A stretch of 64,000 bases of DNA from assembly GCA_016748015.1 (NCBI GenBank), contig JAAOMT010000211.1, forward strand, positions 240,248-304,247. The letters are read 5' to 3'. The DNA comes from Geosiphon pyriformis uo1 (Eukaryota; Fungi; Glomeromycota). Position 1 is the first letter of the stretch. Each line of letters starts with the position of its first letter. The notes below the pieces were generated by a model. The model was not told where the DNA came from. It did not search any database and worked only from the letters and a program-made list of their open reading frames with translations. Position numbers and translations under genes: made by a program. Shown here piece by piece: positions 13,701 to 29,267 of this stretch.

Positions 13701-16700
13701 TCTTAGATATATTACCAAATCCAAGAAATCTTACCAATTTGGCAACCAGCAATTTTAGTTTAAAAAATCTTGATAACTGTTTATTAAAAAAATATTTGGT
13801 TTTATTATACTAATATTTAAAAAATGTTTATTAACCAATTTTATCATTATATTTCTTAAAAGTTTTCATATTATATTTTGATTGTTCTTCATATTTGTCT
13901 TATTAAACTTATTTTTTATCAAAAAAAGATTAATAAAAAAAAGATCACAAAAACTAACCCATTTAGCACTATTAGCATTTTCAATTTTGAATTTTCAACA
14001 ATCTTTATTCACTTACTTGTAAATACTATTCAAACAAATATTTAAAAGACTACCCAATCTAAATGAGATTATAACTGCTTTGTGATCAATATCAAAAAAG
14101 TTAGATACACAATTGATCTCATAATTTGTAACTACTAATAACAAATTTTTACTAACAAAAATATAATTAATACTTTTTTTAGCTCCTTTGAAGTTGTTTT
14201 AAGTAGGAATTTTAACCAAAAAATGTTTAATAAGCGAATTAATTATTCTCATATTAGAGTATTTTTTGAAATTAGCACTCTTTTTAAACTTATTTTTATT
14301 ATAATCTCCACTTAAAACAACAAAAATACTGAAATTAATTACTTTAGCAATAAAAAAATTTATCTTTGAAGCTTATTTAAACTTAGACTCAGAAGAAACA
14401 CTAGTATACAAACCTAAAATTGTTATTAAAAGCTTGTTTTTAAACAGAAAACATACAGAAATTAGTCAATCTGGAATTTTATCAATCTTTAAAATATGTC
14501 AAGCCAAAAAACTGTTTATAATTATGGCCATCTCTACATCATAAAAATCTACATCCAAATCAGAAGTAAAAATACAGATTTTATTAAACTTATTTATAAT
14601 CTACTGTCTAATATTAAACTTTAACTTGGTTTTCATAATAATAAAAATCATGTTTTTTAAATTTATATGCCAACAAACAATATTTTTCTACTTGACAAAA
14701 ATATTGATATCTTAAACATTATATATAGTAATCTTTTAAATTAAATCAGTTATTAAGATATAAAAAACACCAGAGCACTTGAATTAAGATACATCTAATC
14801 TTACCAGAACAAAGAAAATAAAAATCTCAAAAACAACCAATTTCGATTTCAAACCACTTACTTTGGCAGTCAAAACTTTAAAACTGCTTGTATTTAAACT
14901 TGAAACATTATTTATTGCCAATAAAAAAGAAGAAAACAACATTTGCAAATTATCCAAAATCATATCTGAATTCGAATTTACACTAAAGTCTGTTAAGTTA
15001 ATTAAGCTAAGATGCAAAGGAGATGAAACAAAATAGAAAGATATTAAATCTATACTATCCAATCTTTACACAATACTAGAGACTTAGTCAGCCAACAATT
15101 TCAGAGACTATTTTAAAGATGCCAACTAATTGTTAATTAGAAAAGCTTTTTAAGATACAAAAAAAATAACATTAAGACAAGAAACACCAGAAAAAAATAA
15201 CTTAAGAAAAAAATCAAATAAGCTTAAACAAGAACAGCAACTGAAAAAACAACTTGTGTCCAAAATTTGTTTTCAAATAATACAGACTATAAGATAGGAC
15301 CATTTTTTTAGCATATAAATATATCAATTAAAAATAATTTTCATCTAAGATATATTTTTTATAAATTTTTTTCATAACAGTAGCAAACATGTTACAAGTA
15401 ATTATTTAAGATATTAGAACAAATAATAAACCTATAACTTGGTACTCAATAATTGTTAACAATAGTAATTTCTGAAAATTTTGTAATTTAAAAATTTTTA
15501 TTGAGTTTTTTATATAATAGACAAAGATTCAATTAATGATTTTTTCTCAATTTCTGTTTTTAGCATAATGGCCAGTTTAATCTGGCAGTTATGTTCTTCT
15601 GATAAGCTATTTTTAAGTTTTCTATTTTTGTTTCACAGGTTTTTTACCAAGCTATTTTTGATGTTAATTATTTAATACTTAATCTCTTAATTAATTAATA
15701 AACAACAAAAAAAATAAAATAAAAAAATAAAAAAAAATAAAAAAAGAAATAAAAAATTAGTATTCTGTTAATAATCATAATTAAAAGCTATTAGTTTAAC
15801 ATAAGTTGTTAATAGTATGAAAATAATTAATATTTTTTAATCAAGTAATAACAACATAAATTAGATGATAATAAATATTTTTATTGATATAGATATGATT
15901 TTACTTCAAGTTATAAAAAACTATTTTTTAAAGAAAAAGTTATTGAATAATTACTTATCTCTAACTACTATTTTATAGCTATTGTTTTGTCTTTTCTGTT
16001 TTTAATACTTTTATTATATATATATAATTTTACACATTTCTCTTTTTTTTATGTTACTTTCTGAAAATGTGCTTATTTCTGAAAATATAATTATTCATTA
16101 AGTACTATTTTTCTATTGGTTTATTTTATGATTTGTTTTTTTTATCTTTTTTTGGTACTTTTTTTTTTATAAATAACAATATTTGTAAAATTATAATCGA
16201 AAAAAAAGTGGTCAAAACATCCACATTTTTTACATTAAACCAGTTCTAATCTAGCCCAAGAGAATTTTACATTTCCAAAAATTAGCTTTGTATAAAAAAC
16301 TAACTCCAAAGTATTATTTAATTCAAATCAAATTTAACTATAACACAATAAATTTTATTGTCATTTTCAAATAATTAATTGATAATATATGTTTTTTTAC
16401 CAACTTTATTTAATAAAATGCCAAAATTATAAGTTATTCTTACAGACAAAGTAAATAAAAACACTCTAAACTGATTTTTTGACATTTAAACATTATGATT
16501 TTCCACAGCTTTTATTATGTACACTAAATTTTTTCCAATTAAAAATGACTATTTGGTTGCCAATTGATTTATCTGACTTAATTCAGCAAATTTTATTACA
16601 GTTTTTTGTTACAGTTTTTTGTTACAGTCCAATTAATTACAATTAAATTGACTTAATTTGATTAAACTCAAATATTACAATGCCAATTATTTCTTTTAAT

Positions 16701-17500
16701 GTATTTATAGAAATCTTTTTAATAACTACAGTTTAATCTAATCTAATTTTTTGTTTTTTGATATTATTGTTTATGATAATCTTTTTTTTTAGCCAATAAT
16801 ACAGCTTTTTTTATGCTCTTTTCTAATATAAATATAGATCTAATAATTTCCTCAAATTTTAAGAAAATAGTGGCCTTTCCAAAATTATTAATTAATGAAA
16901 ATAATTTTCTGATATACTAAATCTTAATTGTTATTAATTTGCTTTCAACTGCTGGAAGATTAATATTCAAGACAAATGACTTTTTAACAGACACTTCTAT
17001 TTAAGTTTTAATTATTTTAAGATCAATCTATTTTTTGTCCAGAAAAATAAATAAGCAAGGAGAAAAAAACTCTTATTATTATCTATATTATAGTAAGAAA
17101 AACCAAAAACAATACCAATATTTACTTACTTGGCCTTAAAAGTATTTGTTTTAAAATCAAACTGCTTTTCATTTTTACTATTTGCTCCATATCTATTATT
17201 ACTATTAAGAAAGACCATTTTAAGAGCATTTTTATTTGTATTTATTCTAGTAAACTGACTAATAACATGTCTAAAACTACTAAAATTTAAGTATATTTTA
17301 TTATTTAAATGTTTTACTTTGCCAAAAAAAGTTTTTAACTTTTAAGTTAAGCTTTCATTAACTGAACCTAAAGCCAAAACTCTGGTTGGCCTCCTCTTAA
17401 TTGCAGAACTATTTATGATAACAGCCAACTTAATAATAAAGAGATTTGTTTCTTAAAAAATTGTGAAATATAAAAACAAAAAAACATTTTTTTTATTTAA
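10798..17500 (-). mobile_element. Heavily degraded non-LTR retrotransposon (LINE): ORF1 with zinc knuckle; ORF2 with APE, RT and RNase H
   Basis: RNase H remnant (YTDRF...STIIKLQAITLALKCV, 11166-11370). RT remnant WLVLQNMYKAYNSVN at about 12800. APE start at about 14750. ORF1 knuckle remnant WARLELV*CKKCGCFDH at about 16200-16260 and LYAKK at about 15310. The 5' boundary is approximate. Confidence 0.8.
15390..16178 (-). repeat. Solo LTR related to the Gypsy 1 LTR, inserted in LINE ORF1
   Basis: TGTTA...TAACA termini. Shares blocks with 3653-4379 (aatctttgtctattat, accaagttat, atagcttaYcagaagaa, tatatataat). LINE ORF1 resumes on both sides. No clear target-site duplication. Confidence 0.7.
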
Positions 17501-18944
17501 AATTCATGCTCTTTAGAGAATTTTAAACATAAAAGAGAAAAAAGTTTTTTTGTTACAATAATATAATATGTTTTAATAATATATTTAATTAAGTTTATAT
17601 TAAACATAATTTATTTTTAATTTTTATATTTTAATTATTATTAAAAATATGTAATTGTAATTTTTTTAATTTAAAAATTTTTTAATATTGTGGTTAAAAT
17701 TAACATATTAAAAAAATGTATTTAATAAAAAAATTGTTAATTGTAAAAATTAATAAAAATAAAAAAAACTTTTTTTTAAAATTTCAAGTTTAAAGTTTGG
17801 TTTTGGTAATATTTATATTAACAATTATTATTAATTATTTTGTTATAAAATTAATCTATTGTTTTTAAAAAATAATTGTTTTTTTAAAAAACTTAATTAC
17901 ATATATTTTTATAATACTAGACAAAATTAAAATTCTATAAATATTTTTACCAGTATTTTAATATTTTATAAAGTTAAATTTTTATTTATTTAGTTAAGCT
18001 TATTAAATTAATAATAAAAAAGATTTAAAGCTGTTAAATTTAATAATAAGTTACAATTTAAAATTAAAGCAATTAAAAAGATTTAATCTTTAATTTTAAT
18101 ATAAAAACAGCATCTTATTTTATATGTAAATATGTAGTGGTTGGATCATATTTTGTTATAATATTTATTGAAATTATTATTATTAAAAATTACAATTAAT
18201 TTTATTATATAAAATTAAAATTTTTATAAGATAAATATATTTAATATGAACCAATAAATTTTACTTTAATTTGTTTTTTACATAATAATTCTGATTATAA
18301 TTTTGCGGTTTAATTTATTTCGGTAATATTATAAAAATAATATTTTTGAGCTTTTAAAGTCAAAGAAATTCATATATATATTTTTAAATTAACCCATTTT
18401 CACATTGTTTTTGATTTTATCATAAATATTATAGAAATTAATTTTAATAATTATTTTGGTGTATCAAGCTTTTGCATTAACATTAGTTTACTAAACTGTT
18501 TTTTCAGTGTCGTTTTATAGATTAAAAAAATGCTAAATTTATTTTTTACTTAAATTGCATTTTCTATAAATCATAAGAAAATATAATTACGATAAAAAAA
18601 GGATTTAATTTTTTATATTATTACTGTTTAAATTAGTTTTGAAAAAGTGGTCAAAGAAAATCCTTTATTTCTAAAAACATTCCTATTTTATTGCAAATAA
18701 TTAATCTTTAACAAAATATTTGACAGTAAAGGGTTAGGATTTTTTTCCTTATATACCAATTGATCCCATCATGGATTCTTCTTTCTGCAAAGAATTTGTT
18801 ACACATATTTGATTTTGTCCAAGTCAATATTAGTCTGGTTTAGACCACATTGGAAAAGTACTAAAGGATTATCGAAGAAAGTAACCGAAGTATTAAGGTT
18901 TTCATAACACCTACTTTTCCTTTACGTACAGAGTCCTGGCTACA

Positions 18945-20071
18945 ATGTGGGCCTGTTTGTATAAAACTTGTCCGTGTCTACCCCGTCGAGGAGACATGCA
19001 ACCACCGTTTAATCATTATTCATATGATAACGACGATGATCCCGTTGAGTTCGTAAACTTGTTGGCAGAACAAGATCCAGATTCGATAACTGCCTTTCTC
19101 ACTGGCAACCCCTTTTCTCGAGCACCAAATACACAAGGATATTTAGGAATTAACAACATGGGTACAGAAGACGAGTTTCCTGGCGATGCCTCTGATCGTG
19201 GCAGCGTCCTACTTGACGACGAGACCGCTATACAGACACAAGACGCGCAGTTTCTTCCTGATGAACAAATAAGTAAACTTACGGAGCTTGCTAGTGAGCG
19301 GGTATGTTCATTTTCAATGGAATTTTGTTTTTTTTTTGGGATAAGCAGACGAGATAGCAAGGTTCTAGAGAATGGAACCCAAATTGCAGTCTTTAGGCTT
19401 TTTTCCGTGCTCGACCAACAAAGATTCTAATCAATCTTTAATCCTCTTTTAATTACTTGTATTTGATCAGTCAAAATATAATCTTACAGATGCACAACTA
19501 GCAGCGGAAGAAGAAGAAGCTCGTCGCATTGAAGAGGAAGAAATTCAACGGAAAAGAGAAACAGCTAGACAAGCAGCTATAGCGCAAGGTCTGGTGACCT
19601 CTGAAGCCTTTAACAAAGATACAGTTTTTACCATTTCTGGCGACGATGACGATGAAGTTGAGGAATTTGGTAATCATGCTGTATTAAATTACAATGGAAA
19701 ATCAAATGGTTCATCGGTTGAATTATCTGCGACCAGTCAAAACGGCACAGCATCTCGACAGTCTCAAGAGGAACAATTTTCTATTCTCAATAAGCCGAGA
19801 AATCCACGTCAACGTCTTTTTTCTTCGGATATAAACCAAGATGATTATGAGAATGATACAGAAACTGATATTCTGTAAGTAGTTATTTTAAGGTGCAATA
19901 CAAACTAGTTTATTATTAATTTTAATGGTCACTAACTAAATTATGTAACAAATTTTACTTTATTTGAATACTGATTTCAGACCGCCCAAAAATATCAAAG
20001 ACCAACCTCCAATTCTACCTGAAACCCATTTGGGGCCACCCTTATCCGTTTCCCTTCAAACCGAAGTATGA
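18945..20071 (+). CDS. Hypothetical protein with a Cys-rich N-terminus and an acidic/coiled-coil region; at least 3 exons
   Basis: Exons 18945-19301, 19471-19874 and 19981-20071 join in frame through GT-AG introns. MWACLYKTCPCL may be a palmitoylation site (inference). AAEEEEARRIEEEEIQRKRE looks coiled-coil. A further intron from GTATGA at 20066 is possible. Confidence 0.7.
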
Positions 20072-21039
20072 TACATATGAGTTTGACCATTAATGTGATC
20101 CGTTTAGCCCAGGTGATTAAGAAATCGACCATCCTTTCTTGCAAATTTACCTGATTTTTCAGATAGTGTTGACCGTTTTTTCTGGATTGTCAAATTAGGA
20201 GGAAACAAAGCTTCTCATGGGAAGAACAAGGAAATCCCATAAAATACGAGCAAGAAGTGAGAGGTTGACATACAATTAAACCTTTTAAATGATTTGAACA
20301 TCGTCAACATCAAGCATTTTTCAGCGATCGAATTAGAGCAATTTTTTCAAAGGTACTTTCGCCTGGGTCGGTCACAGAAAGGACATCCTTACATGATAAG
20401 AAATTGTTGACGATGAATTTTCTTAGAGACAATAAACATTTTTTCGATTACACGGGAATGTAAGAAACATTTATAGAAAATAAAAAAAAGCCTTTAAAAC
20501 GATTATTATCTTGATTTCTACTTTGTCTGTCCGATTTATCTTGGCTCTGATCCTTTTCTCGATATTCACCCTATCCACACATAAATTATTTATAAATAAT
20601 CTTTCATCCAATGTACATTGACTTCATTTTTCCGCTTATTTAAAACATTTCACCTCAGCTCGCATCTCTTCACACGTTCTCCTTCTTGAATGAGAAATTT
20701 CAAGTTGGAATTATCAAGAATCGGAAGCTCATATTGATTTTTTTTACGAGCCTTGATTTTTTTGTTTTTATTGTCGGACGCGATAAGTCTTATGAATGAA
20801 TGGCTGTAACATTATTAGCTTGTATTTTCAATTATAATTATAATTATTTTGTCATCGAAGTAAAAAAAAATGTTTTATAGCTTAATCCGAATCAAAATAA
20901 AGCGTAATTTACACACATGATACTGTACATTCGATTCGAGATCCGCAGCAAGTCTGGGTCAAAATTTCGAATTAAATAAACGGTTGGCGTACACGATGAT
21001 GCATATTAGAAGAGTCACACAACACTTAGTTTTTATCAC

Positions 21040-22785
<1,746 letters not shown>

Positions 22786-24267
22786 AGTGAACCGCGAAAA
22801 GTAAAAATTTTGTTGGATACCCGAGAGTTCAAAAAAATCAAGATCACAAGATTTTCTAATGGAAATTTTTTAATGAAAAAATGGAAATTGAGTAAATTAA
22901 AAATACTATTTGGGTAAATGATAAATGTCTTGGTGTTAAAAATACATTGGTATAAAAAGATCTTTGTGGTTAAAAATATATTGTTATAAAAACATATTAT
23001 TATATGAGGCATGCTGTAACAAAACCAGACAAAGTGAACATTTGACGTCATACAAGCATACCTTAAATTTGTTGGATTAAAACTTTCCATGACTAATTCT
23101 TCCTCTAGTAGCCAAGCTTGTAACTAAAACGATTCTCATCAATCATGATTATTCTAAAGAACTCTTTATTACATCCTTAATTTGAACGTAAGTTACGTTA
23201 TGAAACAATTCATCACTCTTCTTGCTCAGGACCTATGTTCTCTCTTTTTTTCGGCGATGGATGGACGTCAGCTATTGTGACGACATTCGATCGCTTCGGG
23301 TTTTTCTTATTTTTCCATCTTGTAATGTTGTTAGAGCTTTTTTTGTTATTCTCAATACCTTCAATATTTTCATAGTCTGCGTGATTAAAAGCTGGATTGA
23401 ATAAAAAAAAATTAATTTTTTAAAAGAATTTCAAAATGATCTGATATAGATTTACCTTGGCATATATCGCCTCTACCAGTGCGTCCAAAGATTTGCTGAA
23501 GTTGTTTTCGTCCGCATACACTTCAACCGGCTCTTCTCTTGTATAACGACAAACTTCCCGGCTTGGCAATCAAGATTTGTACGGACTAAAACGGCACCTT
23601 TAAATGTAATGATCGTTAGTTAAAGTTAGGAAAGTCATTTTAAGACATTAGCACACACTAATCTGCATGTGCGAAGCCAACTACGTTCAGTTTCCACAGC
23701 TTCTCTTCAGCAAACTGTACCTTTGCCGGCCAGATTGATGAAGATATCTTTCAAGGTTCTGGCCGCATTCTTTCATTAATTTGGTACCGTGCACACTCTC
23801 CCACTTAGGACCAGCTTCCAAGGCCGCCCAGTCTGTTGATGTCGATCCCATAGTCTTGACGTAGCCATCCCCTTTTTACCGACTGCTTTTCGCTGAATGG
23901 GCTCAATACTCCAAAGTTTTATAATTTACTATATTTAATAAGGTCTACATAATTCAAAATTCAAAATTATATTTTTTAAATTAAGTTATCAATATAATTT
24001 TTATTTCCATCATAAATTACATTGTAATTTTTTTCTTATCAAAAATACTTTTAATTTAATTAACATAATAATTTATAATTTACAAATAATTATTATTATC
24101 GTTATATTTTTAGAATTATTATTAATATAATTAAATAATTAATTATATAATGTTATTACAGTTTTGATATTTACGTATAAGTCAATACAGTCAGATCAGA
24201 TTAGTCACGAAAAATATTAAATATAACCTCGACCGAAATTATATCTCCACTTTTTACTCTTTCCAAC

Positions 24268-25830
24268 ATGAATCACTTTAATAGTGACCCGTTTAATGGC
24301 GGACCCAAACCTGACATTATAATACAAGAACTTGACAGTGAAAAAATAAAATTTATTTTGACCAATACTGAATTAAGGCAATTTTTAAATATTGAAATTT
24401 AGTGGTTTAGCCTTCATTAGTAGTAACTATAATTTTGCTTTGGCGAAATAGTGTCGCTAATGCCCTCCGACGACTCATGATTGCTGAGGTCCCAACTATA
24501 GGTATCCTTCCCACCCTTTGTTTTTCCATTATACAAGTCTGAAGCATTTTAACTCAAGGATAATGAACCAATAGCAATTGACATGGTTGAAATCGAACTA
24601 AATACTTCGGTGCTTGCTGATGAATTTATCGCCCACAGACTAGGGTTGATCCCATTAGACAGTATGGAAGCAGAGAAAATTAAATACACTCGGGTTTGAT
24701 TAAATATCTTCTTTTTCCCTTGCATTTTTTTCGGTCTCTCAATCATCCTGATAATTGCGATGTTTTTAGGAATGTAATTGTAGTCAATATTGTCCAAACT
24801 GTTCTGTCGAATTGACTTTACATGCCAAGTGTCTGCAAGAGAATCAGACTCTTGACGTCTGCAGCAGAGACTTACAAACAAGCGATCCTCGTGTTTCACC
24901 TATTCTGAAACGTTCGTATACATTATTACACTAATTGCCATATTTCTTTATTTTTTTTCTCTCAAAACTTATATCTCCTTTCATTCCCCATCCCTTTCAA
25001 GACGAAGATGATAAAGGCATCTTAATTGCCAAGCTTCGTAAAGGTCAAGAATTGAAAGTAAAATGTGTAGCAAAGAAGGTTAGCAGTTTGATATTTCTCT
25101 CTGAATAGAAATTATTTCTCATCCTCTGATTTTTCCTGACCTCAGTGCCTAATATAATTCAAGGGGGTTGCTAAAGAACATGCAAAGTGGAGTCCATGTG
25201 CTGCTGTCGCATTTGAATACGATCCTCATAATAAATTGAGACATACTCACTACTGGCTTGAAGAGGACGAGAAAAGGGAATGGTATGTCACCAAAAAATT
25301 ATTTTAAAAATTTCCTTTTTATAAAAAAAATTCATTTTCTCTATGGCGATTCAGGCCGCTAGGTCCAAATGCCCGTGAAGAGCCACCATTGACGGAGGAT
25401 GAACGTAAGTTGAATTCCCTGCACTTTTATATTTAATATACATTAATTTTGAGATAAAAAGAAAATTTGATCTCACTTTAAACAGCATTTGATTACAATG
25501 CAACCCCAAATAAATTCTATTTTTCTGTTGAGGTTCGTCACCTTTAATTTTTTGTTCGTAAGAGGATTGCAAATCTTTACATATACTTAACTGAACTGAT
25601 AACATGGTTTTACAAAGACTGTAGGCTCTATAAAGCCAGAGGAGATTGTCATGTCAGCTTTGAAACGTCTCCAAGAGAAACTAGGGATGTTGCAAATTGC
25701 TTTGGCTGACAACACCACAGAACAATTGCATCTAAGACAACTGCAACAACGACAACAAGAACAACAAGAAGCTCAAGAACAAGCCTTGCTACAACCGCGT
25801 TATGTTGATTCAAGTCTTTCATTCTCTTGA
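24268..25830 (+). CDS. RPB3: RNA polymerase II subunit RPB3; 8 exons, missed by the ORF track
   Basis: Spliced translation gives [51 protein letters not shown], the Zn motif [41 protein letters not shown] and [17 protein letters not shown]. Confidence 0.96.
24502..24574 (+). other. U12-type (minor spliceosome) GT-AG intron, RPB3 intron 2
   Basis: 5' site GTATCCTTC. Branch-like TTTTAAC about 22 nt before AG. No polypyrimidine tract. Removal restores PTIAIDMV. Confidence 0.75.
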
Positions 25831-27100
25831 ATTCAATACTACCTCTTCCTTGATTCTAACCACTTTGGGAAAATTTTGAGAAAAAAACAACTTATTACAG
25901 TCCCATGTTTATAAGTTTATCCCTAGCATTCTCATAGTCAAAACTTCGGAAACATGCTTTAGGAATTCAAAGTTGTCTCGATAATCCAGTATCGAAGAAT
26001 AAAGATAAGGTGGATTTTATTTCCATAATTGTATTATAGTCTATTAATAAAGCAAAACTTATAATTTTCTCGGGCTTGCTTTCTCAGGAAATTTTCTGTC
26101 TAATGGCTTTTAAGTGGATGGGGATATGTAAAAAAAAATTACCGTTATAGATTAATTTATGATTTGAAATATTAGCAACAGAACTAAGATCGGTCTTTTC
26201 GAAGAAGAGTAGGCTTTCTGATATCCTTGGAATTTAACATCAGTTCAATTTTTTAAATATATTGAATCAATTAACAAGTATTTATTTGATGGAAATTTAT
26301 TTATTATTATTGAATAGGCTTAATGAATAAATGTGACAAAATTATCAGGTTGAAAATTTTATTATTAAAATTTTTATATTAATTAATTGTTTGTTTATAT
26401 TTTATTATTAGCAATAAGTGACAAATAATATTTAACAAATATATAAGAATTTATATTTTGACAATAAATTAATATAAAAATTTTAAATTATATATAATAA
26501 CTTAATTTAAATAATTTCAATAAAAAAATTTAAAATTAATAAATGCTTTTAAAAAAAGTATAAAAATAAGAAAAGTTATATAAAAATTAGTTGATAAAAA
26601 TAATTATTTAATTGTTATATTAGTAATTTCAAATTTTATTGATTGTGAACATATAATAGTTATTTGCCATATTATATAACTTTTAAAGTTATAATTTTAA
26701 TTAAGTTATTATTAATAACTTTTACCTATATTAACATACGTAGATCAGTATGGCACATGATAAAATTAAACAAACGGCTGCAAGTGAATTATTTAGACGC
26801 TGGGACTTGACAATTCAAATATTTCTGTTTTGCGAGGATGATACTAGATGGTCCGGGTGGTTTAGTTCAATTTATTTTTTTCTGTGAATAATTGGTATCA
26901 ATATGATCGTTAACTTTGTAGTTTCTTTGTTATCACTTTCGTGGTGAGGAACAAGTCGCTTGTTAAATATCTGAAATTCCTTGAATCGAAACGAACCCCC
27001 GTGAAATAACGAAGGCATCAATTGCAAAACCAGAAACTTGCAGTATTTTAAGATAACCTCGACAAAAATTATCGCACTCGTCAGAAAATTAACAGTTAAC

Positions 27101-27787
27101 ATGGCAGGTACGCCATCCAATAATAATAAGGAAGCTATATCAGAGACTCAGAATAAGGTTGTTAAAGAAGAAGCCCGCTCATTATCTTTGAGTAGCTCTG
27201 ATCCAGATAATGGTCTTTCGGCTTTGATACCAAGCAGTTCTGTTGCTATCTCAACTTTCACTGCTGTTCAAGAAGTTGTTGGGAGTTCCTTAAACTTAAT
27301 TAGATCAACTACCGATTTAACGATGATGACGACAACACCAATAAAAAAAACAACTAAAAAAAATCCAGTGCTAATTCTTCCTCGCCCGGATTCAGGAGAA
27401 GAAAAGACTGATTTTGTTACCGACGCCGAAGATACCCAGTTCGAGCCCCCAATAAAAGAACAACGAAAATCGAATGAGTCGGTTTCGGGACAGTCTTCAC
27501 CCACCAATGACAATGAAAGAAGATTTCCTTGCCTAATATGTGGTCATCGATTTTCACGAAAATACAACATGGAACAACACATGAAAACTCATGATCCCAA
27601 TAGGAGAAAGGATTTTGCCTGCGATTTTCCTGGGTGCACTTCCACTTTCACCCGTAGACATGATCTAAAGCGACATACCCGAAATATTCATGTGCGTGAA
27701 ATTAACCATCAGTGTGAGGTCTGTAACAAAGGTTTTAGCCGTAAGGATGCTTGGAAACGGCATATAGCAGCCTGTAGCAAATATTAA
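27101..27787 (+). CDS. C2H2 zinc-finger transcription factor with 3 C-terminal fingers
   Basis: CLICGHRFSRKYNMEQHMKTH, CDFPGCTSTFTRRHDLKRHTRNIH, CEVCNKGFSRKDAWKRH. First ATG in the ORF is at 27101. Confidence 0.9.
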   Translation: MAGTPSNNNKEAISETQNKVVKEEARSLSLSSSDPDNGLSALIPSSSVAISTFTAVQEVVGSSLNLIRSTTDLTMMTTTPIKKTTKKNPVLILPRPDSGEEKTDFVTDAEDTQFEPPIKEQRKSNESVSGQSSPTNDNERRFPCLICGHRFSRKYNMEQHMKTHDPNRRKDFACDFPGCTSTFTRRHDLKRHTRNIHVREINHQCEVCNKGFSRKDAWKRHIAACSKY

Positions 27788-29181
27788 TTCCTTTCGAGGA
27801 TCAAGATTGATTGGTTTTAACAATACAATCGCAATGGTAAACCTATATTGGATTGAACGACAATCGTGAAACCTATCATTCAATTTTGTTAATAATTTTT
27901 ATTTTACCCTCTTTTGCACTCCTTTAATCATCCAATAATCTATTAAGTTTTAAATTATTTGAATAGAAAAAACCAATCAGTCAGTCGATTAGTAATTATG
28001 AAAGGTTTTTTTAAAAATTCAATCATAACATTTGAATAATGTAATCCTGATTAACAAACATGTTCTAAATGATATATACTATTAACTTTATATAAAATTA
28101 GCTATATGAAATTGATTTATATCAAATCCAAAACTACAAGAAGAGAAGAATGCCCTTTATTAATAATACAAAGCATACATGAATAACGAAAATAATTATT
28201 ATGAAATCTACTTAAGTTGATTGTCAACAATTTTGGGTATTATTGTTGATGATGATTATTGTGTTCAATAATGTTTCTTAACGCGATAAATCTTCACGGT
28301 GTTTAGAAATTTAAAAAAATCTCTTTTGCTTATTTGTTCTTCCACTATATAGCCTTGATTCATTAAATCATTTCCAGGTTTAAGTAAAAACTTGATTTTT
28401 CTATTTAGATAAGGATTTATCAAATTTCAAAAGAAGATGAATATGGTATTTAGGTGCAATTCAGAATTTTCAATTCATGCTAAAGCTTCGTTTTTATATA
28501 TATCTAATTTAAAAGACGATTTCAACACATTTTGTGATTTTTTTATTCTATGTCTTTAAAATAACAGATATTAAAACTATCCAAAAATGTTTAAATAAAG
28601 AAAAATAATTTATAAGATATATTAAGAAAAAACAAGCATTAAAAAATTACAAGAATTAAGAAAACTATCAAAAAAATAAAAGATTATAGTAAATATATAA
28701 GAATAATTCTATTTATATTAATACATTGTATAAAATTTTTTTTACAAAACCAAATAAATTACACATAAAATTAGTATGTAATAAATAATAAAAATATGAA
28801 TAAATACAAAAAAGCTCTTTATTTTTATAGAATTTGTAATTGTTTTGTTAAAATGTTTAAAAAAAAGTTTACCAAATTGTAAAAAAAATTTTCAAGTTTT
28901 AATTAAGACATTTTTTTAAAAATTTAACTTAAAAACATAAGTAAAAAGTTTTTATAGTTTTATAATAATATAAAAAATATCACAATAAAAAACCAAAATA
29001 ATAATTATTAATATTATTACAAATAAAAACAAAAAATAAATAAATAAATAATAAGAAAAAAAAAACTATTAAAAAATAATTGATTATTTTTAATTTACAA
29101 ATGAGTTTACAAAAACTTAATATTTAATTATAACAATAATAAAAAATAAGTTTTAATATATTAATAAAAATTATGTATTTA

Positions 29182-29182
<1 letters not shown>

Positions 29183-29263
<81 letters not shown>
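29183..29263. repeat. (AAT)n microsatellite
   Basis: About 26 nearly perfect AAT units. Confidence 0.9.

Positions 29264-29267
<4 letters not shown>

Noticed and set aside
3653-16178. Large inverted repeat suggesting a DNA transposon with terminal inverted repeats
   Set aside because: Both arms are Gypsy LTRs: one follows a purine tract, the other is a solo LTR inside LINE ORF1.
23567-23575. Selenocysteine at the in-frame TGA
   Set aside because: No resemblance to a known selenoprotein, no CxxU motif and no SECIS recognised.
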